Virus record (IMG/VR): IMGVR_UViG_3300031730_000001
Coordinates: 25,874-89,873 of that record
DNA: 64,000 nt
DNA from: a virus
Strand: one strand, 5' to 3'
A program made the position numbers and the translations under genes. This document shows, piece after piece, positions 51,086 through 59,548 of the stretch. Each line of letters begins with the position of its first letter. Positions within the stretch are counted from its first letter, which is position 1. The notes beneath the pieces are model-generated. The model was given only the letters and a program-made list of their open reading frames with translations, had not been told where the DNA came from and searched no databases.

Positions 51086-51215
51086 GCCCCTGTCTGGCAG
51101 GCGCGAGCGCGGGTCGGTACAGTCAACGTGAACTCCTCAGGTTGCGCGGGCAGTCACCCGCCGATCGAGACGGCCGGGCGGGACGCCACATCCCACCGGC
51201 CGTTGCTGCGTCCGG

Positions 51216-51524
51216 TCACTCCCCGGACAGGTATCCGTGCTCTTCGAGCTCGGCGATCCAGCCGCGAATTTCGTCAATGTCTTCGGTGGGGTGCAGCTCC
51301 GCCAGGCCCTCCGCGTCGATGTCCCACGAACCGCCATGCGCCAGGATCTCGACGAGCAGGCCGCGTGCGCCCAGGCTCAACCGATAGTCCTGGATCCATT
51401 CGACCGGCACGGCCGTGTGCCCTTCTGGCACTTGGTCCGGGCTGTCGACGATCGGCGGTCGATGGACGACGTGGATCGGGGCGTCCCAGGGGAAGTAGTC
51501 GTCTTCGTCCAGAGGCCCGGTCAC
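51216..51524 (-). CDS. Winged-helix protein, paralog of 50693..51085
   Basis: VVHRP...LSLGARGLL.EIL....W.....LA...ELEEHGYL. Confidence 0.65.
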   Translation of the reverse strand: MTGPLDEDDYFPWDAPIHVVHRPPIVDSPDQVPEGHTAVPVEWIQDYRLSLGARGLLVEILAHGGSWDIDAEGLAELHPTEDIDEIRGWIAELEEHGYLSGE

Positions 51525-52282
51525 TGGGGCGGCCGGTTGTACTGAGCGACGGTCGCCTGATTCGTTGATGCATCCTGAAGTCGCAGCTCCCAGGGTCCGG
51601 TGTTGACGTCCATGTCTTTCCCGAAGCCGGTCCACTTGCCGGCCATCCGCGTCCCGGTCGGCTCGACGAGCATCTGGATCGCACCGTGATACCGGGCGCC
51701 GCGGTAGTAGCCGTCTTTCGCGGTGGTCTCGACCCAGGTTCCGGTGACGACGCTGCCGTCCACGGTGAGGTCCATGGAGAGTGGCGAGTTGGCGTTCGAG
51801 CATCCCTGGGGCGTGGAGTGGACGCTGAGGCGGTTGCCATGCTGAAGGACGACGACGTAGTGCTGTCCGACGAAGCTGGAGTCCCTGCCGCTGGAGAAGT
51901 ACTCGTATCGCGACAGCCAGACTCCTGAATAATTGGCGCGCGCCGAAGTCTGAGGCGTAGGCCCTGGCCTCGGTGCGGCGATACCTTCGAGGGAGGGGTG
52001 TACGTCGTGGCCGCCCGACCCGTCGTCGGCGACGCGGGCCATTACGGGGTTGGTGAAGCCGAGGGAGTCGATGGGCATTCCCGTGACAACTTCGAGGGCT
52101 CGGGCGTATACCGGTCGAGGTGCAGCGGTAGTGCCGGACTCCCAGCGCTGGACGAGGCGCTTCGTGGCGTCGTTGGGCTGGCCAGCGCCCTCGCCGGCCT
52201 CTTTGATGGCCTTCGCGAACTCGTCCTGACTCAGGAGCATGCTCGTTCGGACCGCCCGCAATGTGGCGTTTGGTGTGGTCAT
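51521..52282 (-). CDS. XRE-family regulator with C-terminal beta-rich domain
   Basis: LRAVR..MLLSQDEFA...VQRWESG; C-terminal SGVW...TGTW...GKW. Confidence 0.78.
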   Translation of the reverse strand: MTTPNATLRAVRTSMLLSQDEFAKAIKEAGEGAGQPNDATKRLVQRWESGTTAAPRPVYARALEVVTGMPIDSLGFTNPVMARVADDGSGGHDVHPSLEGIAAPRPGPTPQTSARANYSGVWLSRYEYFSSGRDSSFVGQHYVVVLQHGNRLSVHSTPQGCSNANSPLSMDLTVDGSVVTGTWVETTAKDGYYRGARYHGAIQMLVEPTGTRMAGKWTGFGKDMDVNTGPWELRLQDASTNQATVAQYNRPPQ

Positions 52283-52429
52283 GTGACCACGGTAGCGGAA
52301 CGCAGCGCCCAATGACACCGGTTTGACGCCCCCTGTGGGAGTAGAGCGACGCCAAGAGTGACGCCGCGCAACCATGCTGTGCGGCGCCACTGTGTCTTCA
52401 TGACGGATCACGGAACATCGCGTGACGCC

Positions 52430-52642
52430 CTACGGCGTCGAGGGATCGTCGCCCTCGGCCGTCAGGACGATGCGGCGGACCTGCTGGCGCGTGTAGCCGG
52501 TCGCCTCGCAGATGTCCTTCTGGGGCAAGTCGTCGTCGTCGGCAAGCCTGATGGCTGCCGCGAGCTCCTTACGCAAGATCTCGGTTCGCGCCTTGGCTGT
52601 TCTGTAGCGCTGCGCGAGCTGCTCCAGTGATCGCTTATCCAT
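52430..52642 (-). CDS. Small HTH protein divergent from the transfer operon
   Basis: QKDICEATGYTRQQVRRI. Confidence 0.72.
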   Translation of the reverse strand: MDKRSLEQLAQRYRTAKARTEILRKELAAAIRLADDDDLPQKDICEATGYTRQQVRRIVLTAEGDDPSTP

Positions 52643-52684
52643 GACGCGCAGTGTTCCATCCTCCAGCAATGTGACAGTAGGCAT

Positions 52685-52761
52685 GGAACGTGACGTTACG
52701 CGAACAAACTAAAATTGCCTAGGTCTAGCGCTTGACGCAGGGAACATCGTGTTCCTAAGGT
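52685..52761 (+). promoter_or_regulatory. Promoter with two GGAAC-N5-GTT(C/A)C operators
   Basis: TTGACG(52732)-N18-TAAGGT; palindromes at 52685 and 52741. Confidence 0.68.
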
Positions 52762-52866
52762 GGAGCTCGTTGGTAGGGAAGCCGCCAACAAAACGGCCCC
52801 GCCCGGTGCTGAGAACACCGAAGCGAGGCCTAGGTCAGACGCCCTACCCAAAAGGGAGACCGAACC

Positions 52867-53277
52867 GTGACGACCACAGTACAACCGCCGGCTTCTGCCG
52901 GACCCGAGACCCGCATCGTCCCCGCCCTGATCGACAGCCAGCGCGTATTCCTGGAATGCCCGATTTGGTGCACCATCGATCATGTCCGGGAAAATCAGAA
53001 GTTCCTGGTCGATGTGTGGCACTCCGGAAACTTCGCCGACCTGGAGGCCCCCCGCAGTAGCGGGATCCCCGACCTCCTCGCCTACGCCCGCCTCGGCATC
53101 GACCCGTTCAGCAGCGACGAGACCATGCGCCGCCCCTTCCTCTTCGTCGAGGACGGCAGTAGCGCGAAGGGCTCCTACCTGGACGCCGACAACGCCGAGA
53201 AGTTCGCCGACAACCTCGTCGCCTTCGCGGAGAAGATCCGGGCGATGGGGCGCGTACTCAAGGCGGCGACGGCATGA
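52867..53277 (+). CDS. DUF6907-like protein
   Basis: CP.WC..DH......D..H...A...AD.L. Confidence 0.6.
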   Translation: MTTTVQPPASAGPETRIVPALIDSQRVFLECPIWCTIDHVRENQKFLVDVWHSGNFADLEAPRSSGIPDLLAYARLGIDPFSSDETMRRPFLFVEDGSSAKGSYLDADNAEKFADNLVAFAEKIRAMGRVLKAATA

Positions 53278-54528
53278 GTACCCCCACCCCGCAGTTCCAC
53301 TACGCGTCGATGCGCAACGCCGAGCAGTCGGCCCGCAGCATCTCCGTGCAGTTGTCGGTGCGCGGTTTCCTCGCCAGTCTCGCCGATGAGACATCGGCCG
53401 CCGAGTTCGCCGAGTTGAAGGCGACCCGCACCAGCTACTACCTGCTGGCCCTGGCGCACCGGAACGCGGCCCGCCGGCTGGAGCGCGGGCAGCGCATCCG
53501 GTCCCGCGCCGAGCGGATCGTTCGGACCGTCGCCCGTGGCGCGCTTCGAGTCCGCCGGCTGGTGACGGTATGAGTACCGTCCATTCCACCGCCCCGGTGG
53601 TTGCGGAGCACCGCCGTATCGAGCGGCTCGTGTCCGGTCTGCGCGCCGGCGAGTCGACGGTCATCAACGGCACGCCGGTGACCGCGATCAGCCTGGCGAC
53701 CGCGGACCTTCTGGAGCGGCACGCGTCGGTTGACTTCCACTTTCGCCAGATGTCTGCCATTGCCGCGACGGAGGGGGACTTCGACCGGCTCCTCGCCGTA
53801 CAGGACGAGCTGCTGATGTGCCGCTGCCAGTTGGACGCGGCCGGGATGCTGCACCTCGTCGAGGTGACGGCATGAGCCCCGCCGACCGTCTCGCCCATGA
53901 GCTGGGGTCCTACGTCCGCCGCCCGGCCACCCCGGTCGCCTCCGACGATCACGCCAAGACGAAGGACGCGTTGCCGCAGTGTCCCCGCGGCCCGCATCCG
54001 CAGACGGCAGGTGCGTGATGGCCGTCGACCGTAAGGCTGTGATCGCCGAGGCGATGCGCCTGCTGGAGTCTGGCAAGTCGTCCGGCCTGGAGGGTGCGAG
54101 CCCGCTGGCCGTCCACGACCGGCTGGAGCGTGGCGCCGACGGTACGGGCCCTGGCGGATTCGCGGCGTTCAAGACGGCGCAGCGGATCGTCGCCGAAGGC
54201 GGTGCATCGTGAGCGCACGCAAGGTCCTCGCCACCACACAGGCCTCCCATCCGCGCGGTTCTTGGCCCGCGGAGGAGCAGGCGCAGCAGTTCCGCGACCA
54301 GGGCATTCCGGCGACTGTCGTGCAGGACATCCGTACCGACCGGTTCCTGGTTGTGGTTCCGGACGGCGGCGACCAGTGATGGCGCTCCCCGTGGCCCTGG
54401 TGACCCAGGCCCAACACGGTCTCGCCGCCAGGCAGTTGGCGGAGCAGGCCCGGCAGCACATGGAGGCCGCGAAGGCGGCAGCCGTCGCCGCCGAGGCCGC
54501 GCGACAGGCCAAGGTGTGTGGCCGGTGA
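53274..54528 (+). other. Small coupled hypothetical genes (53274-53573, 53570-53875, 53872-54018, 54018-54212, 54209-54379, 54379-54528)
   Basis: Coupled overlaps. Confidence 0.6.
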
Positions 54529-55130
54529 TGAGCTGCTGCACCGACTGCCGTAAGGGCGTGACGGGCAAGCTGCGCAGGGCGCGCTGCGAGTCCTGCTACC
54601 GCAAGTTGCTCTCGCGCCTCAAGCAAGAGGGTTCCTTCGTCCCACTGAAGCGACGAGCCATGGAGCATCCAGGAGGGCGGGTACTGCGTGGCGTTGCGAA
54701 GGACGCGAACGGCTGCTGGCTATGGACGGGCCCTGTCGACATGAACGGATATGCCCGGTGCTGGCGCGAAGGAGGGCGCACCGGTGCGCATCGGGCGGTC
54801 TACGAGTTCCTGGTTGAGCCCATACCTGCCGGCGCAGAGCTTGACCATCTATGTCACACACGCGACGAGGAGTGCGCTGGCGGGCGGGACTGCCAGCACC
54901 GCAGGTGCGTGAACCCCGAGCACCTGGAGCCGGTGCCTGGATCTGTGAACAACGCTCGCGGCAACGGTCCGGCAGCGCTCAACACCCGCAAGACCCACTG
55001 CAGTCGCGGCCACGAGTTCACCTCCGAGAACACGTATTGGCAGCCAAATGGGGGCCGCAAGCCCTCCCGTCGTTGCCGGGAATGCGATCGCCTCAAAGCG
55101 GCGCGCTATCAGTCGGCCCGGAAGTCCTAG
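54528..55130 (+). CDS. HNH endonuclease, paralog of 29892..30536
   Basis: CWLWTG, AHRAVYE, DHLC..RRCVNPEHL, KTHCSRGH. Confidence 0.88.
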   Translation: MSCCTDCRKGVTGKLRRARCESCYRKLLSRLKQEGSFVPLKRRAMEHPGGRVLRGVAKDANGCWLWTGPVDMNGYARCWREGGRTGAHRAVYEFLVEPIPAGAELDHLCHTRDEECAGGRDCQHRRCVNPEHLEPVPGSVNNARGNGPAALNTRKTHCSRGHEFTSENTYWQPNGGRKPSRRCRECDRLKAARYQSARKS

Positions 55131-55235
55131 ACCAGCTGCGCTGACGGGGATGACACCGAATCCCCCGCGGCCCCCGTCAGCGCGGCTTTCCACCCCCGCA
55201 CCACTCACCGTTCCCGCCATCTTGAGAGGTTCGCC

Positions 55236-56252
55236 ATGCCTTCTACCGTCCAATCCGACGCCCAGTCCGCTCCGGAGTCGGCCTCCATGGACCTGTTCTG
55301 GGTGATGACCGTCCAGACGGCCGACGGGCGCGTCAACACCCGGACCGCCGTGATCACTGCCCCGGTCGGCTTCAAGCGCTCCCAGGCCTTCGAGTACGTC
55401 TTCGCCCAGTTCAAGAAGGACTACGGGAGCCCGCTCACGGTCCTGTTCTTCGACCTCCAGCTGAACGAGTTCTGACTCACCCCCACGTTCTCTGCGACCT
55501 GAAAGGTCCCGCCATGTCTCCGTTCCTGTTCTCCGCCGATCACGCCACGTTGACGGGCGGCGCCGACCGCGCGCTGGCCCTGGTGCCGACGGCGCTGTCG
55601 ATCTCGGACCTGTTCGCCGAGTACGCCGCCGCCAGTAAGGCCCGGCGGGCGGAGATTCGACTCGCCGCCGACCCGGAGCTGCTCGACGAGCTCGACGGCT
55701 TCAACTACCTGGCCGCGGCCTAACCCCCTGATCGCCGGTCGCGGGTCATCCCCCGTCTCGTGTCCGGCTCGCCGCGCTGGCGGGCGTCAACGGCTCCCCT
55801 CCGTTCCGCCAGCGCGGTCCAAGCCCCTACCCCTGGCCCTGCCGGGGACCGCATCGCCTACACGGTGCGGTGCCCAGCACGACCGGCACCACCACATCCA
55901 TTCACCGAACCGAAGGAACACCCATGTCGAAGGAAATCGATCGCAGCAAGGTCGTCGAGGTCCGGTCCGCCGGCGAAACCGTCTATCGGGCGGTCGGCGG
56001 CGACGGCGTCACCACGTACAAGACGCCCGAGCGGGCCGCCGCCTCATCCGACCGGCAGGACGCCTACAGCAAGGCCATCGGCCGCACCAAGTAGCCCCAG
56101 CCCTCATCCCGTACCCCCCCGAGAGGAGCCCTGTCGTGCCCACCAACCCGGAGACCGGCAGCGAACTCGCCGTGAAGGGCATCGACGGCCGGTTCGCCGA
56201 GGCCGTCAAGGGCTATCGCGGCTACAGCGCCGGCCAGTTGCGGAGGGTCTGA
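55236..56252 (+). other. Small hypothetical genes (55236-55475, 55514-55723, 55924-56094, 56136-56252)
   Basis: Each has an SD-like sequence. Confidence 0.55.
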
Positions 56253-56255
56253 CCG

Positions 56256-56630
56256 ATGTCGTACCACGGCCAGCTTCCGACGGCGATGTTCAACGACGGG
56301 CAGATCCGTGCGAAGGAGTTCGCGAAGTGGCGCCACTGTCACGACGCGTTCCGTCGCGGAGAGCGCCGGCGGATCGTCGACCACTACAAGGCGGACATCG
56401 TCGGCCGTGGCGGGCTGCCGAAGCCGATCTGGCTGGACGTCGACGACAAGTACGGCCGCGTGTACCTCGGTGACGGTCACCACCGTGCGGTCGCCCTGAT
56501 CGAACTGGGTGTCGCTCAGTTCGACTTCCACTGGCGGCTGGTTTCCAAGGGCGGCTGGTTCAGTCAGCCCCCGCTTGAGTCCGGCCCGTTCCCCTACCGC
56601 CTGCTCGGTTTGCCCCGGGCTTCCGCCTAG
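56256..56630 (+). CDS. ParB/Srx-like N-terminal domain protein
   Basis: GLPKPI.L......L.DGHHR..A...LG. Confidence 0.72.
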   Translation: MSYHGQLPTAMFNDGQIRAKEFAKWRHCHDAFRRGERRRIVDHYKADIVGRGGLPKPIWLDVDDKYGRVYLGDGHHRAVALIELGVAQFDFHWRLVSKGGWFSQPPLESGPFPYRLLGLPRASA

Positions 56631-56647
56631 ACCGAAAGGAGTTCGCT

Positions 56648-57172
56648 ATGCGTCTCGTCGAGTACCGCCTCCCGCGCCGCTACCGCCCGGTCCTGGACCG
56701 TGTCGACCTGGTGATGGACGAGGCGGCCCGCATGATCGGCCGGCGCGAGCGGGGCGGTCTCGGCGCCGTGGAGGTGGCCGTCACGGTCACCGACGGCATC
56801 CCGGATCTGATCTGCGCCGCCCACCGGCAGCTGTTCGGGCGTAGCGACTGGGATGCGTGGGCCGGCCCGGGACGTCACGGCGCGGCCACCCTCAATCGGG
56901 CCGGAACGCTGGTCGTGATCAACGCCCAGTCGCTGCTGGGCAGGCAGGCGGAGATCGACAAGACGGTGCTGCATGAGCTGAAGCATGCCGCCCAGTTCAA
57001 CCGGCCCGGCGCCTGGGCGTCCGCGCGTAAGGGCATCGCCTTCGACTTCTACGACATCGGCTGGATGACCGACAGCGAGCTGCGGTCGTTCGACCGCCGC
57101 ATCCAGCGCGACGAGCGGGAGGCCGAGGGCGTCGAACGACTCCACCGGCAGCTCGCCCAAGCCGTCGCCTGA
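56648..57172 (+). CDS. Zincin-like metallopeptidase domain protein
   Basis: VLHELKHAAQ followed by EREA. Confidence 0.65.
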   Translation: MRLVEYRLPRRYRPVLDRVDLVMDEAARMIGRRERGGLGAVEVAVTVTDGIPDLICAAHRQLFGRSDWDAWAGPGRHGAATLNRAGTLVVINAQSLLGRQAEIDKTVLHELKHAAQFNRPGAWASARKGIAFDFYDIGWMTDSELRSFDRRIQRDEREAEGVERLHRQLAQAVA

Positions 57173-57195
57173 CCACCCCAAACCAACCGAAAGGA

Positions 57196-57396
57196 ATGAT
57201 CCACATGAGCAACGAAAACCGGACGGATCCGCGCGAGCTGATCGCCCGACGCCTCCAGCAGGCAGGCCGGACTGTGGCCGGCGAGCGCGGATCGCGGGCG
57301 GCGAACGCCGTATCCAGCGCGATCGGCTGTGGGCGCATCGAGATCTGCGACGACCCGAACTGCCTCAACTGTGCGCCCGTCCGCGAGGAGAACTGA
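57196..57396 (+). CDS. Hypothetical protein
   Basis: AAAGGA SD; Cys-rich end. Confidence 0.5.
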   Translation: MIHMSNENRTDPRELIARRLQQAGRTVAGERGSRAANAVSSAIGCGRIEICDDPNCLNCAPVREEN

Positions 57397-57401
57397 CCGT
57401 C

Positions 57402-57605
57402 ATGCCGATCACGTTCCGCAAGAGCTTCCAGATCCTGCCCGGCCTCCGGGTCAACATCAACCGGCGCAGCGTGTCGTGGACGCTCGGCTCCGGCAACGGG
57501 CCCCGGTATACGCGCAGTTCGACCGGCCGGCGCACCACCTCGATGAATCTTCCCGGCGGCTTCGGCTGGAGGAAGACCACCACCCGACGTAACCGAGAGG
57601 ACTAG
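57402..57605 (+). CDS. DUF4236-like small basic protein
   Basis: FRKSFQILPGLRVNI...S.T.G...LPG.G. Confidence 0.7.
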   Translation: MPITFRKSFQILPGLRVNINRRSVSWTLGSGNGPRYTRSSTGRRTTSMNLPGGFGWRKTTTRRNRED

Positions 57606-57777
57606 CTCATGCCCACCGACGGCAAGCCCAACTGCTGGATCTGCGGCGAGCCGGGAGCCGTACCGGAACGGACGCTCCTCGGCTTCAAGAAGCCCATCTG
57701 CCCGCCGGGCGCGGGCTGCTCCCGCAGCAAGACCACGAAGTAGTCACCCGCCGAACCTCGAAAGGAAACCGATCACC

Positions 57778-58866
57778 GTGAGCAGCTGGTCCGAGGAGCG
57801 TCGCGCCGACAAGGCCGCCGACGCCGCCGAGCGCCGCCGCACCGACGAGCACCGGGCCCAGCTGCGTCGCGACGAGCGGCGCAAAGACCGCGACGAGGCC
57901 CGCGAGGTCAAGGCACAGGAGCGCCGCGACAAGACCGCCCGCCGGCAAGCCCGCGCAGCCCGACGGGAGAAGACCCTGACTGCGGCCAACGTGTACCGCA
58001 AGGGCACCCTCGCCTTGGTCGCAGCGTCCGCGCTCGCATCTCTGCCCGCGCAGGTCATGCACTTCGTGTCGATCAGCCTGATCCTGCTGCCGCTGCCGTT
58101 CGCGCTGGAGGGCGCGGCCTGGGTGATGGCTGCCGGCGTCGCCTACGCCGATGAGCGGAAGCTGCCCGCGTGGGTGCGCTGGCTGCTGCGGGCCCTGTCG
58201 ATGGGCGCGGCCGGCTATGCCGCCCACATCAACTACGAGTACGGCTCGCAGACCAACGCCTCGGTGGCGTGGGGTCTGGCCGGTGTCACGGTCATGGGCC
58301 CGGCGGTGTTCGAGATCCGGCAGTGGGTGCACACCCTGTCCGCTGCTGCGGTGGACCCGAAGAAGCGGGCCGAGGAGAAGGCCCGTGCCGCCCATGCCAG
58401 GAAGCGCAGCCGCCACCACGGCGACGTGGTGAAGCTGGCACGGAAGTTGGTCTCTGCCGCCCCCTTCGGTGTGCTGGCTTTCGAGGAGGCGTTCGTGTCT
58501 GCCTGGGAGATTCTGTACGGCACGCGCACCCCGGGCATGACCCCCTCCTTGCACGCTCAGGCGCACGCCTCGCGTAAGGCGCTGGCGGCTGCGTTCGACA
58601 CCGCCAACGGCTCGCCGGTGAGTAATCGCGCGCGCCTCCTGGAGCTGCTGCACCCGGCTCCGGTGAAGGTACTCGGAGTGCCCAAGAAGTCGCAGGTGGT
58701 TACCGATCTCCCCCCCTCCCCGGTGAAGCCCGGCAAGGCGGCCCGCAGGAAGCCCCCCGAGCACCGCCGCACCCCCGGCGACAGCGTGCCCTTCCACCCC
58801 CTCGCGAAGGTCGCCGCCGCAGACACCGCACACAAGCACATGGCCGTCAACGGCCACCACAACTGA
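57778..58866 (+). CDS. SpdB/DUF2637-like multi-TM plasmid spread protein
   Basis: Charged coiled coil, about four TM helices (LP..LEG, A..N..., P..FE), basic C-terminus; upstream of traB. Confidence 0.55.
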   Translation: MSSWSEERRADKAADAAERRRTDEHRAQLRRDERRKDRDEAREVKAQERRDKTARRQARAARREKTLTAANVYRKGTLALVAASALASLPAQVMHFVSISLILLPLPFALEGAAWVMAAGVAYADERKLPAWVRWLLRALSMGAAGYAAHINYEYGSQTNASVAWGLAGVTVMGPAVFEIRQWVHTLSAAAVDPKKRAEEKARAAHARKRSRHHGDVVKLARKLVSAAPFGVLAFEEAFVSAWEILYGTRTPGMTPSLHAQAHASRKALAAAFDTANGSPVSNRARLLELLHPAPVKVLGVPKKSQVVTDLPPSPVKPGKAARRKPPEHRRTPGDSVPFHPLAKVAAADTAHKHMAVNGHHN

Positions 58867-58908
58867 CCCCGCCCGAACGACAACCAGCCCACTCAGGAGA
58901 GAGAAGCC

Positions 58909-59487
58909 ATGAACCCCACCATCCGCCAGTTCGCCGTCTCGGGCAGTGCGGCCGTAGCCCTCCTCGGAGGCGCCGCAGCCATCACTACCGTGGCCGCGCC
59001 GTCCGCGTCCGCCGCCGAGCAGGCCACCGTCACTCGCGCCGCCACCGCACCCGTGCAGATGCCCGACGGCCGTACCGTCCGGATCACCGGCATGGGCGGC
59101 TACGGCCACCAGGCCACCGGCGCGCACATCGCCACCGTCGCCGCGTTCGAGACCGACACCAGCCCCGGTGTCGGCTCAGGCCTCACCCCCGACGGCGGCG
59201 CAGGCGCAGCCATCGGCAACCCGGTCACCGGCACCCAGACCGGCTACAACCAGCAGGTCACCACCCAGGCCACCGGTGCCGGCGTCGCGACCGGTGTCGT
59301 CGCGATCCTCGTCCTCGGCATCATCGTCTTCTTCAAGGTCAAGCACGGCCACGTCAAGGCCATGGACGCCGTCGTCGTCGCCCTGTTCGGGATCGCCATC
59401 TCCGGCACGGTCATCGGCGGCATGGGCGGCTCGCTCACCAACTCCCTCGTCGGCTCGATGGGCTCCATGCTCAGCGGCCTCGGCTAG
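58909..59487 (+). CDS. Exported/membrane protein of the transfer module
   Basis: Signal-peptide-like N-terminus (ASA); two C-terminal TM helices (ILVLGIIVFF..K..DAVVVALFG). Confidence 0.6.
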   Translation: MNPTIRQFAVSGSAAVALLGGAAAITTVAAPSASAAEQATVTRAATAPVQMPDGRTVRITGMGGYGHQATGAHIATVAAFETDTSPGVGSGLTPDGGAGAAIGNPVTGTQTGYNQQVTTQATGAGVATGVVAILVLGIIVFFKVKHGHVKAMDAVVVALFGIAISGTVIGGMGGSLTNSLVGSMGSMLSGLG

Positions 59488-59548
59488 CCACATCTCACGG
59501 CGGCGCCCACCCGGGGCGCCGCCCCCGACCCCAGGAAGGAACCCGGCC

